Shown here: piece by piece, positions 18,706 to 28,409 of the stretch
How the letters are laid out: each line of letters begins with the position of its first letter
Numbering within the stretch: position 1 is the first letter of the stretch
Origin: an uncultured Gammaproteobacteria bacterium
GTDB lineage: Bacteria > Pseudomonadota > Gammaproteobacteria > Steroidobacterales > Steroidobacteraceae
DNA length: 64,000 nt
Assembly (NCBI GenBank): GCA_963721095.1
Contig: CAVRHU010000004.1
Span: forward strand, 142,187 to 206,186
Direction of reading: 5' to 3'
Position numbers and translations under genes: made by a program
Notes under the pieces: model-generated
What the model was told of the DNA's origin: nothing
Seen by the model: the letters and a program-made list of their open reading frames with translations, nothing else
The model's database searches: none

Positions 18706-19050
18706 GTGATCAAACCCATGGGTCTTCACGATACGACGTTCCATCCGACGGCGGCGATGGGGCCACGTCTGGCGGAGGGCCACGACGCGGCCCTCAAGCC
18801 CATACCGCCACTTGGCATCTTCAACGCCGCCGGCGGCCTTCGCTCCACGCCGCAAGATCTAGCGCACTTCGCCGCCGCAATTCTGCCGGGCTCCGGCGCC
18901 CGCATCGCACCCGACGAGCTGCTCGCCGTTCGGCGGCCCGCGCCCTGGATCGGCGGATGCAGGCCCTGGGGTGGGAAGTACTGGATGCCCCGGGAGGCAC
19001 GTTGCCGCACTCAAAACGCTGTTCGCCCCGTTGCAGCGCGTACGCACTCG
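18706..19050 (+). pseudogene. C-terminal fragment of a serine hydrolase (beta-lactamase fold), frameshifted
   Basis: IKPMGLHDTTFHP...EGHD...AAGGLRSTPQDLAHFAAAIL, then ..LGWEVLDAPGG in another frame. No SxxK-containing N-terminal part is present. Confidence 0.55.
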
Positions 19051-19418
19051 AGTCCCCGTCAAAGGCTCGCAAACCAAGGCCATCCCAGCACTGCGTGTCA
19101 TCCTGCGCCATATCCAACGCAGCGATCTCAATGTGAACCTACACCCGCGCCAACACCCGCAACGTGTATCGCAAGACGGTCGACGAGATTGCCGACATCC
19201 GCACAGACGTGGTGGAAAGTAACCGGAGTTAGGCCTCGTGGTTGTCCCGGCACGCGCACGAACCGGCATTCAGCAAGTCGACCTGCGTCTGCGCCGATCC
19301 GGCGCCAAACAAAGCACCACGCTTGGCAAGATTCAGCTGCTTCTTAACGGTGATGCGGGACACATAGTGTTTTGGAAGTAAATCGGGATCAATTCGCGCC
19401 GCGCGGGTCGCGTTGCTG

Positions 19419-20246
19419 CTACCGCCCGCGTCGCCTCCACAAAAACCGCAGCAGATAGAGTCCCGGTATCACGACCAACAGCCACGGCAGAATATACGCA
19501 ACCGCCGTGATGGCCTGAGAAATACCTTCCGACAAGTTGCCAAAGAAGTCCCGCGCAGCCACGCGAATCGGCCGCCAGAAGGCCTTCTGTGCCGTGACCG
19601 ACAAATGGATCGTGACGATGTCCGTGGTCGTTCGCTTCGCCTGATACGCGGCTTGTCCGTTCGCTTTCTCGAGACTCGTCTGCACCGTCGATAATTCAGA
19701 TGCCACCTTGATGGCTGCGTCAATGTTGGTTCCCGCCTTGGTCTGCAACTCGAGCAGCTGTTTGCGGTATGCCGTCAACATTTCAATTCGCGACTGCGTG
19801 TCTTGAATCGCATCCGCCAAATCTTCCACTTGAGTTGAGCGGTGCTCGAGTTTACCCAAACGGGTGGCGAATCCAATCAGATCTTCCACAGCGTTGGGAT
19901 CAATGCGTAGTTTGATGAGGCCGGCGGTATATTGGCCGCTCGAGACGTCGGACTGAAGAATCGCGCAATGATTCGCGGCATCCGCCGTGCAGCGATCTAT
20001 CAGGCTCTGAAAACCGGAACGAAGATCCGATTCCGAAACCTCAATCGACACGCTGTGTTCGCGACTCAAGGTGCTGCCTTGCGCAACTTGTAGATGCTCG
20101 ACCTGAGAGGCCATTAGCGCAGGGCGCTCTGCAAGGTTGCTATTTCGATTGCAAGCGGTCGTGCAGACAAGGCAAATCAGTGTGAGTACTAAAGGCCTTG
20201 CGCGCTGGATTGTGCGGAGCATTTGCGGCCGGGATCTCGAGTTCAT
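19419..20246 (-). CDS. DUF4349-like lipoprotein with a C-terminal TM anchor
   Basis: 275 aa. It has a signal peptide with Cys, a coiled-coil middle, and a C-terminal ..AYILPWLLVVIPGLYLLRFLWRRRGR, as recalled for DUF4349. Confidence 0.6.
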   Translation of the reverse strand: MNSRSRPQMLRTIQRARPLVLTLICLVCTTACNRNSNLAERPALMASQVEHLQVAQGSTLSREHSVSIEVSESDLRSGFQSLIDRCTADAANHCAILQSDVSSGQYTAGLIKLRIDPNAVEDLIGFATRLGKLEHRSTQVEDLADAIQDTQSRIEMLTAYRKQLLELQTKAGTNIDAAIKVASELSTVQTSLEKANGQAAYQAKRTTTDIVTIHLSVTAQKAFWRPIRVAARDFFGNLSEGISQAITAVAYILPWLLVVIPGLYLLRFLWRRRGR

Positions 20247-20587
20247 TTTTTAAGGTTCCTTCCTAAGATTTATCGAAGCGTACAGGCACAAGGGGTCATG
20301 AATAGGCCATTCTAAATGGCTTGCCTCGAGCTACGTTTTATCGAAATAGTTTAATTAAATACTAATATAAATCAGTTATATACTCGCATAACCTGACAAC
20401 CGTTCTTCCTTGCGGCCGCCTTCTCTTACGCTCCGCACATGTTGCGCTATATGGTGGGCTATCGGGCTTCCAAATTTATGCGAGTCTCCCCTCTTCCTCT
20501 GTAAACTCCCGGTGAAGGGATTGGTGCCTGGTGAGATCGTCCCTCCCCTTCGTCCAAGTAAACTAAGCCATCATCCATCCCAATCTC

Positions 20588-21070
20588 ATGGAGACATACC
20601 CGATTAGAGACGCAGAAGTCTCGGAAATCGGACAACTGGCAAGGCTCTGGTTGGATGGCTGGCAAGATGCCCATGCTCATATCGTGCCGGCGGAACTTGC
20701 CAAGGTGCGTACGTTGCCGGCTTTTGAGCAAAGACTCCTAGCGGCTCCAAGCGGCGTGCGCGTGGCCGGGGTAGCAGGAGCGCCGATCGCCTTTTACCTT
20801 CTGAAGGGTGCCGAGCTGTATCAATTTTATGTTTCCTCAAACGCGAGAGGTTCCGGGATTGCCGCAATTCTGATGGCGGATGCTGAAAAGCGGCTTCTCG
20901 AAAGAGATGTACCTACCGCCTGGCTCGCCTGCGCAATTGGCAACGACCGCGCGGCCAGATTCTATGAAAAGTGTGGCTGGTCAAGGATCGGAACAGTGAC
21001 GGACGATGTAGAAATACCCGGCGGCACTTTCCCGCTTAGGGTGTGGCGCTACGAAAAATCCCTTCGGTAA
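20588..21070 (+). CDS. GNAT family N-acetyltransferase
   Basis: 160 aa. The acetyl-CoA binding region is ELYQFYVSSNARGSGIAAILMADAEKRL, followed by FYEKCGW. Confidence 0.8.
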   Translation: METYPIRDAEVSEIGQLARLWLDGWQDAHAHIVPAELAKVRTLPAFEQRLLAAPSGVRVAGVAGAPIAFYLLKGAELYQFYVSSNARGSGIAAILMADAEKRLLERDVPTAWLACAIGNDRAARFYEKCGWSRIGTVTDDVEIPGGTFPLRVWRYEKSLR

Positions 21071-21095
21071 TGAAGTTGCACGTACGGGGCGCCAA

Positions 21096-21680
21096 CTATC
21101 CCGGCTGCGATTCTCGCAGCGGAGCTGTGAGGAGTGCTACCGATGTTTCCGCATTCAGGCGAGCCGCAATATTCCATGCGGCACTCGCCAATGCGCTGGG
21201 TTTATTGGAACTCACGGCTTCGGTGGCGCTCTTCGATATCCGCCAATCCAACGGGGAGACCCCGATTGCGATCTCCTTGTGGAATCGTCGCGCCACCGCT
21301 GCGGCCATTAGCGATGCGGCATCGAGTCCGATATAGGGGCCTAAGCATCTCGACGTGCTGATCTGCGCGGCGCTTCGCCACAGTTCCGGCTCAAAGATCT
21401 GCTGCGCCAAGGCGACACTGACCAAACAAGCCACGTGCCCGACGACCGGGCGATGACTGAACGTAAGGCCCTGCTCGCGAGTCAAGTAAAGATCGAGCCC
21501 TGCTTGGATGATCAACACGGTCGCTCGAACCAGGTTGTCGGAGTCTCGGCATGCACCGGCCGGCGCGGGCGCCAGTGATTGCCCACGCAAAAAGGCTTCC
21601 AATGGCGCGCGACGTAGTCTCGCCTGGAGCGCTCCTTCCCAGCGGCGTGCAATCGCTTCTTTCGGATATACGATTCCCAT
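21096..21680 (-). CDS. Hypothetical protein
   Basis: 194-aa ORF with plausible composition and no recognised motif. Confidence 0.4.
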   Translation of the reverse strand: MGIVYPKEAIARRWEGALQARLRRAPLEAFLRGQSLAPAPAGACRDSDNLVRATVLIIQAGLDLYLTREQGLTFSHRPVVGHVACLVSVALAQQIFEPELWRSAAQISTSRCLGPYIGLDAASLMAAAVARRFHKEIAIGVSPLDWRISKSATEAVSSNKPSALASAAWNIAARLNAETSVALLTAPLRESQPG

Positions 21681-21767
21681 AGGCTGATTCGACTTCGCAC
21701 ACCATCAATAGGACCTGATGATTCATAACTTAATGCGGTCCGTACCCAACAAACTGCGACCCGTGTC

Positions 21768-22249
21768 TTAAAAATGCACTGGAAACGGGCGTCTCGCTGC
21801 GGGATTGCGACGCAGCCGTGTCAGAAGATCAACGCCAAGGTTGACCTGGTTCGTTTCTAAAGCGCTCTCGAGCCCGTCACGCGCCGCGTTTGCCCTGAAA
21901 CTTTGTGGTTGCAAAGACACCACCCCTTTTTTGCTGACCGTTACCGTGGTCGCAGCAAAGGCAAAACTACCAAAAAGCACGTTGCCGTGACCCGCCCCAA
22001 CCGTGACCAATTGTTTGGCGTCGCTTGTCGTGGCTGTAATGATCAGGTGCTGGGTTTTCCGGGGGCCAACCCCGGATCAGGCGAGAGAGTTGCAGACACA
22101 CCTGTGACGGGGACTTTGTCCAGGCGCGTTCGCAGACCCAGTCCCACTTCGATGGTGGAGCAGCCGGCGACTGCACCCAGAGCAAGGAAACCGGGACAAA
22201 CTCGTCCGATTAATTTGACGCGCGTACACGAAGTCAATTTCACCAACAA
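21768..22249 (-). pseudogene. Frameshifted lipoprotein gene
   Basis: The lipobox N-terminus (..FLALGAVAGCSTIEVG..) in ORF 22043..22249 ends at a stop. The rest (..IITATTSDAKQLVTVGAGHGNVLFGSFAFAATTVTVSKKG..) continues in another frame in ORF 21768..22010. Confidence 0.5.
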
Positions 22250-22812
22250 GCCTTCGATGGGATGGCCGACTGAAGTCTACGGCAATCACTGATGGGGCGC
22301 AGCTCCTGCTCCTGTCGCAGGTTGATCATCATGTCCCATCGAGTTTCTAGCTGCGCGACCTTGACCCAGTCCGCTCCTGGCTTGAGAACAACGACAACGT
22401 AAATGCAATCTGAGCCCTTTTTCACCCTCGCGGTCGTTGCACCGAGCGCGGCAGACAGCTGTTCTGGAGAAAGTTTGTACATGCCTCCGCTGATTGCGTC
22501 GACCGCAAGCCCAATGAGTCCACCGATCGCGATATTGCCCCAAACCCAGCCGCTGACACTGCTCGTCAGCGTCAGGTCAGTGGGCTGATACCCGGGAAGG
22601 GAAATTCGGACGACGTGATTTTCCTTGCGCCGAAGCTTTGCAAAGACGGGCGTCGTGCCTGACTGAACATTATCGATCGAAACGGATGCGCCACTTGGCG
22701 TGCTTGAGATCCCAACGTCCTGCCGGGTACCGTGAATAACCGTTGCGCAGCCAGCTAAAGCGATCATTCCGAGCAACGCCGGCGGTCGCGCAATAGTCCT
22801 AAACATGATCAC
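22240..22812 (-). CDS. PEGA-domain lipoprotein
   Basis: Lipobox LLGMIALAGC. SGASVSIDNVQSGTTPVFAKLRRKENHVVRISLPGYQPTDL fits the PEGA pattern. Confidence 0.65.
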   Translation of the reverse strand: MIMFRTIARPPALLGMIALAGCATVIHGTRQDVGISSTPSGASVSIDNVQSGTTPVFAKLRRKENHVVRISLPGYQPTDLTLTSSVSGWVWGNIAIGGLIGLAVDAISGGMYKLSPEQLSAALGATTARVKKGSDCIYVVVVLKPGADWVKVAQLETRWDMMINLRQEQELRPISDCRRLQSAIPSKACW

Positions 22813-22989
22813 TCTCCCTGTGGTTTTTGAACATGCGACAGTGTCCGACTCGCTGTCATTGCTGACTGTGCGCTACTTCACATCCGCTGCTCGCGCTGGT
22901 CTTGGCGCTCGCACCGCTTACGCGGCGCAGGCAGCAAGAAGCCACTTGCGCCCCATCACCGGAGATCTTGCTTGCGAGCACGCCGGCAT

Positions 22990-23421
22990 TCAGATTGGTC
23001 GGGTCAGCAGCCACGCATGAACGATTCCGACAGTCGAGAGCACCAGCAGTCCGAGTAACGCGACTCCAGCAATAAGAAAACCCGAACTGCGCCTGGGCGC
23101 CTCCGCCATGTAGCCTTTGGCATACAAGACGCGCCCGATGAGCCAGACCAGGCCCAAACCCGGGGCCAGGTATCCGGACAGGACTGGATAAATCGTTGCA
23201 AGCCAGAGCAGCGGAAGAAATAGCACGAACTGCTCGAGAGTATTCATCTGCACTCGGAACGCGCGCTCGAATTCGGGCGCGCCGGTCACCGCCGGGGCCT
23301 GCACGCCGTGCTTCCCGCGCATGCGTCCCACCAGCATCATCGTGTACAGTCCCAGAAGTACGGCGACTATGGTCACCGCCGCGCTCAACAAGGTGCCTGC
23401 TGTTGCCAACATGAATTTCAT
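22990..23421 (-). CDS. MAPEG family membrane protein (glutathione transferase-like)
   Basis: 143 aa with four hydrophobic segments. ..RAFRVQMNTLEQFVLFLP...GRVLYAKGY is typical of MAPEG. Confidence 0.65.
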   Translation of the reverse strand: MKFMLATAGTLLSAAVTIVAVLLGLYTMMLVGRMRGKHGVQAPAVTGAPEFERAFRVQMNTLEQFVLFLPLLWLATIYPVLSGYLAPGLGLVWLIGRVLYAKGYMAEAPRRSSGFLIAGVALLGLLVLSTVGIVHAWLLTRPI

Positions 23422-23699
23422 CCCTCCCAGGTGACCTTCTGATTACCGTAGGGACCCGCGCGAGGGTCGCGCCAGCCTCTGGGCGCCATCATACTCGACC
23501 ATCCGAGCAGCTACGAATCTCAGTGGAATCTAGCTGCGCCTCAACTCAACGGGGCCAGCTACCCGCCGTCCACGGGCGCCTCTTCCGCGAATTCTCAATT
23601 CCTGGAACGCCAATCTCTGCGCAATCGACCAAAACCGGAAGTTCCACAATGCCGATCGAGTACTATTGAGTTCGAGACAGCAGTGGGAGTGAAACTTTT

Positions 23700-25046
23700 A
23701 TGATCCGCGGAATCATTTTAGGCGTAGCCGCCCTTGCGCTCATCGCGCTCGCATCCCTTGGTTCATTGCAGTCCGCCAGTGCCGCGGACGCTCCCTCGAG
23801 CGTGGCAGTTTCTAGACATTTTGATGCGGATGCAGCAACCGCCGCATATCTCGCGACAATGACGCCGGCTGCTCGCGCTCGCTCCGACGCCTATTTCGAA
23901 GGCGGCTATTGGCTGATGCTCTGGGACTTTCTTCTTGGACTTCTTGTCGCATGGGCGCTCCTGGCTTCGCGATTCTCAGTGCGTATGCGAGACGTGGCCG
24001 CGCGCCTGACGCGATTCCGCTGGGCACAGACGGCTCTCTATGCCATTCAGTATTTTCTCCTCACGACGCTCGTGACCTTGCCTTGGGCAGCCTACGAAGG
24101 ATTTTTCCGCGAGCGCCAATACGGTATGTCCAACCAGGGACTCGGGGATTGGCTGGGAGATCAGGCCAAGGACTTGGTCATAAGCCTGATCTTCGGGGCG
24201 CTCGCGGCAGTCGCGATCTACGCCGTCATTCGCAAACTGCCCAAAACATGGTCGCTGTGGGGCTCCGCCGTCGCGATTCTCTTCCTAATTTTTCAGATAG
24301 CCATCGGCCCGACCTACTTGGAACCGGTATTCAACAAATTCTACCCGCTGGCCGAGAGCCCGCTGAAGGCACGCATTCTCTCCTTGGCACGCGCCAATGG
24401 AATTCCAGTCAAGCAGGTCTACGAATTCGATGCTTCCAAGCAGACCACCAAAATGAGCGCACATGTCAGCGGCATCGCTGGTTCGGCGCAGATCAGTCTG
24501 AACGACAATCTCATGAATCGAGCTTCTCCGGAAGAAGTGCAAGCCGTGCTGGGTCATGAGATGGGGCACTACGTGCTCAATCACGTGTACAAAGGCGTAC
24601 TGGCAATCGGTGTCCTCATTGTCATTGGCTTTGCCTTCATGTCTTGGAGCTTCAAACGGGTCACCAATAAGTTCGGCGAACGATGGGGATTTCGCGAGGT
24701 CGGCGACGTCGCGGGGTTGCCCTTACTGGTCGCGCTGTTCTCGGTCTACGCGTTCGCGCTGACACCGGTGTTCAATACGATCACTAGATCGATGGAGGCC
24801 GAGGCGGACGCTTTCGGTCTCAACGCGGCAAGGCAACCGGACGGCGCCGCGCAGGCGGCACTGCATCTGGCCGAGTACCGAAAGATGCAGCCGGGAGCCC
24901 TCGAAGAAGTAATCTTCTTCGACCACCCGAGCGGCTGGAACCGCATTCATCGCGCGATGGTTTGGAAGGCCGAGAATGTTTCGGCTGCAGATATTGCTGC
25001 CTACGATGCCCTGCACCACCCTCCCGGTGTCAGCGAAGGACCTTAG
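23700..25046 (+). CDS. M48 family (Ste24/HtpX-like) membrane metallopeptidase
   Basis: 448 aa and multi-TM. The HExxH motif lies in VLGHEMGHYVLNH, with a downstream EAEADAFG. Confidence 0.85.
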   Translation: MIRGIILGVAALALIALASLGSLQSASAADAPSSVAVSRHFDADAATAAYLATMTPAARARSDAYFEGGYWLMLWDFLLGLLVAWALLASRFSVRMRDVAARLTRFRWAQTALYAIQYFLLTTLVTLPWAAYEGFFRERQYGMSNQGLGDWLGDQAKDLVISLIFGALAAVAIYAVIRKLPKTWSLWGSAVAILFLIFQIAIGPTYLEPVFNKFYPLAESPLKARILSLARANGIPVKQVYEFDASKQTTKMSAHVSGIAGSAQISLNDNLMNRASPEEVQAVLGHEMGHYVLNHVYKGVLAIGVLIVIGFAFMSWSFKRVTNKFGERWGFREVGDVAGLPLLVALFSVYAFALTPVFNTITRSMEAEADAFGLNAARQPDGAAQAALHLAEYRKMQPGALEEVIFFDHPSGWNRIHRAMVWKAENVSAADIAAYDALHHPPGVSEGP

Positions 25047-25196
25047 AGATCCAGGCTCGAGTCAATGTTGCCCACACCCGAATCTATTGAGCGTGACCGC
25101 AATCTCGGGCGCAGTACTCGCGCCCGCTCCCGTGGCGGCTGAATCGCGGCCCCTGATCCGTCCCCAACGTTGGGGGCGGCAGTTGATCTGCGCCAG

Positions 25197-25568
25197 TTAC
25201 TTGCGCAATTGCCAACTCACGGGAACCAACGTATTAGACCGGTCCTCGCAGCTGTCGGTCACTTTGATGAAGGTAAGTGCGGTGCCATTCCACGACCAGA
25301 CGTAGGTACCCTTTGTTTGTCCAGACTTGGTACATGCCCATGGCCCTCGGACGTCAGTGAGCTCCACACGGCCTTGCTGAACAATATAGGTGCCGGAAAC
25401 CTCGATCGTTCCGCCTTGGGTTACTTCAAACTTACCCTTCCCATCGAAGACAATGGACAGGTCTTGCGCGTGATAACTTCCTGCCGGGAAGTCGTCGGCG
25501 AACGCCGTGGTACAAATCGCGCACATCGAGATGGTCGCAATCGCGCCGATCAATAGTTGTTTTGTCAT
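25197..25568 (-). CDS. Small exported hypothetical protein
   Basis: 123 aa with a signal peptide (LLIGAIATISMCAICTTAFA). The mature part is beta-rich with paired Cys. Confidence 0.5.
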   Translation of the reverse strand: MTKQLLIGAIATISMCAICTTAFADDFPAGSYHAQDLSIVFDGKGKFEVTQGGTIEVSGTYIVQQGRVELTDVRGPWACTKSGQTKGTYVWSWNGTALTFIKVTDSCEDRSNTLVPVSWQLRK

Positions 25569-25884
25569 AGCGCTATCCTTCTTAGCGAGGCCGCTCTCGG
25601 CCCTTGTATGGTTAGTTCAATAGTAAGAACCGGAAACCGTGCCGCTGCCCGCCATTCTCGTTGCTCGAAAGCCAAATATTCGAAGTTGAACTGCACTGCA
25701 GCATCCATTCGTGGGCAGCTTTTCGTTGCGCTATCATTGGTTAGGTACGCATCAGATGCATACACTCGATCCACGGATCAAGTTACGGGGAGATCCAGTC
25801 CCAGGGAAGCAAATGGCGAGTTACGCTGAACGACTTTCAATGCCGTGAGTCGAACTTCCTTAGGCGAGTCAAAGCGAGGACATT

Positions 25885-26166
25885 ATGCGTAGGCTATTCA
25901 GACTATGGCGCATGAGCCGCAGCGATCTGAGTCTGGTGTGGCGAGCGCTGCGACACCCGGACCGTCCAATTTGGTTGCTACCGGCAGTACTCGCCCTGGG
26001 CTTCTTCGCCCTGGAGCCCTTTAATTTTGCAATTCCGGTATTGGGAGTGGTTGACGATCTTTTTCTACTCCCGTTGCTGCTGCATGGTCTCGCAACAATT
26101 GCCGCGCTTACGACGCTCGCGACGACATCGCGGCCGCGCGACGATCGCGTGGTATCGGTACAATAA
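25885..26166 (+). CDS. DUF1232 (YkvA-like) membrane protein
   Basis: ..ALEPFNFAIPVLGVVDDLFLLPLLL matches the DUF1232 signature (..D.IP..G..DD). Confidence 0.6.
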   Translation: MRRLFRLWRMSRSDLSLVWRALRHPDRPIWLLPAVLALGFFALEPFNFAIPVLGVVDDLFLLPLLLHGLATIAALTTLATTSRPRDDRVVSVQ

Positions 26167-26263
26167 GGTCCTGCGAAGTCCGGGTTCTCTTGTTTTCTAT
26201 CTCGCTAAGCAACCCGCAGTGATGCGGCTTCGCGTTCCGCTGATCCGGACTACGAGCAACGAT

Positions 26264-26656
26264 TCACGGAAATTTTAACTCCCGCATCACCGCGTCAAAC
26301 CGGGGCTCTTTCCGCTACGGATCCCTGAGGATGTCGGTTTTCAGAGCCTCCAGACCCGCATCACGAAGTCGTAGCGCGGTCTCCAGCCATTCGAGGGCCT
26401 TAGGATTGTCGCCGCGCTGCGCGTAAAACGCGGCGTACTGGTAGGCCATGACATCGCCATAGGATCCTTTCAATTTCGAGATCTCTGCGTCCGCATCTGC
26501 ATGCCGGCCGAGCTTGTCATACGTAACTGCCAGGCACCATTGATTCCCCAAAAAGTCTCGCTGCGTTTCGCAGGAGGCGCGTGCGCCTTCAAGATTCCCG
26601 AGCGCGTAATAGGCGAAACAGGTAAAGCGGATCGACAAGCAGCAATTGACGTTCAA
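26264..26656 (-). pseudogene. Orphan C-terminal TPR tail of a large TPR protein, with one in-frame TAG
   Basis: ..YAQRGDNPKALEWLETALRLRDAGLEALKTDILRDP*RKEPRFDAVMRELKFP*. The TAG at 26315-26317 sits where homologues have Leu (..DPLR.EPRF...L.FP is the usual C-terminus). No N-terminal domains lie upstream. Confidence 0.6.
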
Positions 26657-26982
26657 ATCGTTATTTCCTGCACGTCCTGCAATACCTTATGCGCTGCAAC
26701 CATGTCGAGACGAGCATCTTGCACGTCCGGGTTCGGTATCTGCGCGAGGTAGTCCGCACACTTCGCCACACGCGCAGCCACGTTCCAGTGTTTCTTGCTG
26801 GTGTCGTCAGCCAGTATCGCCACAAGCTTATCGAGTTCTTTGCGCACCACCGAGACAGTGTCCGCATAACGTCTTGTCTCGGGAGATGTGTATAGCGAAC
26901 CGCGTTGTTCCAGCAATTTACCGGATGCTTCGGTCAAGGCTAACTCGGCCTTGATTCTCAGAACGGCGCTCATCGGGGTCAT
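26653..26982 (-). CDS. Hypothetical helical protein
   Basis: The start was chosen at MTPMSAVLRIKAELALTEASGKLLEQ. 109 aa, no recognised motif. Confidence 0.35.
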   Translation of the reverse strand: MTPMSAVLRIKAELALTEASGKLLEQRGSLYTSPETRRYADTVSVVRKELDKLVAILADDTSKKHWNVAARVAKCADYLAQIPNPDVQDARLDMVAAHKVLQDVQEITI

Positions 26983-27218
26983 AGGGCCAGTTAACCGTAA
27001 GAGGCTCCCAAAGGTCTTGACGGAGTTCGCAAGATGCAACGCTGAAACCGAAACGAGTCCCCGTTTGGGCCGCCCGCAAAGCCCACTTCCGGTTCGCTGA
27101 CAAACCGACGGCTGATGCACCGATGGATATGTCGCCGATATGGGCATCAAATGGGCAGGCGTTCCTCGACGGCATCGATACCAACAGAGCAAGATTAAGT
27201 TACATCGGGAGCTGGGCT

Positions 27219-27419
27219 ATGAAATGGGCAGGCATGTATCTCGTAGGTTTCATCGTCGTGATTGGCGGAGTCATGGCGGCACTTTGGAAGCTGGGAATGC
27301 TGCAAAGGATCGGCACCGCCTGGGTACTCATCGGGGTCGCGATCCTGATTGGCATCGGCATCATGGTCTCGGTTTCGCATAGCGGCAACAAAGAAAATAT
27401 CCAGATCGACAGGAAGTAA
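27219..27419 (+). CDS. Small two-TM membrane protein
   Basis: 66 aa: MKWAGMYLVGFIVVIGGVMAALWKLG...WVLIGVAILIGIGIMVSV. GGGAG lies 7 nt upstream of the ATG. Confidence 0.45.
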   Translation: MKWAGMYLVGFIVVIGGVMAALWKLGMLQRIGTAWVLIGVAILIGIGIMVSVSHSGNKENIQIDRK

Positions 27420-27457
27420 GATTCGCCGTCGTCCGGACCCTCTTCCGCTGGGACGAA

Positions 27458-28315
27458 TCAGGCGGCGAGATGCGTACCCACATGGCGCCCGATTTGCGCA
27501 AAGATCTCATCGATCTGGCGAGACGTCGGCGCACCACCCCGCGTGTATGCGCAAACCACCACCGGCTCGCCGCGCAACGACCAAGTCACGGCGATGTCGA
27601 TGGAGGCATCCTTGCCATTGTTGCCGGTCTTGTCGGCGATGCGCCAGCCTGCCGGCAGCCCGGCACGCAATCGGTTGTCCCCAGTCTTGCAACCCAGCAT
27701 CCAGCCAGTAAGGAGTTCGCGCGAGCTTGGCGAGAGCACCTTTCCGAGAACGAGTTTTTGCAGGTCGGCACTCATCGCGGCCGGCGTGGTGGTGTCGTGC
27801 GGATCGCCCGGAGGTGTGCGGTTCAACTGCGGTTCATTGTGATCCAGACGGCTGACCGTATCGCCCAGGGATCGCCAAAAAGCCGTGAGAGCGGGCGGGC
27901 CGCCGAATCGCGCCAGCAAAGCGTTGGCACACGTGTTATCGCTGAGCTCAACCGCGGCCGCGCACATGTCAGCCACCGACATGGCGCCCTTGTCCAAGTT
28001 CTGCTTCGCAACGGGAGCCCAATCCATAAGGTCTGCGGGGCGATAGGCGATCATCTCGTCCATGCGGGCCTCGCCGCGATCGACGCGGGCGAGGATGCAG
28101 GCCGCAAGTGATGCCTTGAAGGAGCTGCACATGAGGAAGCGCTCATGAGCCCGCCAGATCAATTCCGCGCCCGTCTTGAGATTCTTCGCATAGACACCAA
28201 TGTGCCCGCCGCTGCCACGTTCATAGTCCGCCAAAGCGCGGAAGGGCGCTCGTTGGGCGAGCACCGGTGACGCGAGGAGCGCCAGCGAACTGCCCAGAAC
28301 GTCTCGTCTATTCAT
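27458..28315 (-). CDS. Class A beta-lactamase with a Tat-type signal
   Basis: All four class A motifs are present: SxxK (CSSFK), SDN (LSDNT), ExxLN (NEPQLN) and KTG (ADKTGN). The N-terminus is MNRRDVLGSSLALLASPVLAQ. Confidence 0.9.
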   Translation of the reverse strand: MNRRDVLGSSLALLASPVLAQRAPFRALADYERGSGGHIGVYAKNLKTGAELIWRAHERFLMCSSFKASLAACILARVDRGEARMDEMIAYRPADLMDWAPVAKQNLDKGAMSVADMCAAAVELSDNTCANALLARFGGPPALTAFWRSLGDTVSRLDHNEPQLNRTPPGDPHDTTTPAAMSADLQKLVLGKVLSPSSRELLTGWMLGCKTGDNRLRAGLPAGWRIADKTGNNGKDASIDIAVTWSLRGEPVVVCAYTRGGAPTSRQIDEIFAQIGRHVGTHLAA

Positions 28316-28409
28316 TCATGCCTCATTGTCGCCTTCCATCAATGATCATCACTCTTTATTCGCAGGCATAGATGAAAAATCCTTGAAGTCATCCGAAATG
28401 GCGCTCCGA

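Noticed and set aside
19229-19400. Open frame ..IDPDLLPKHYVSRITVKKQLNLAKRGALFGAGSAQTQVDLLNAGSCACRDNHEA* (minus strand)
   Set aside because: It has no ATG and no convincing RBS, and I recognise no family. It lies in a zone of fragments between a broken beta-lactamase gene and the DUF4349 gene, so it is probably another relic.
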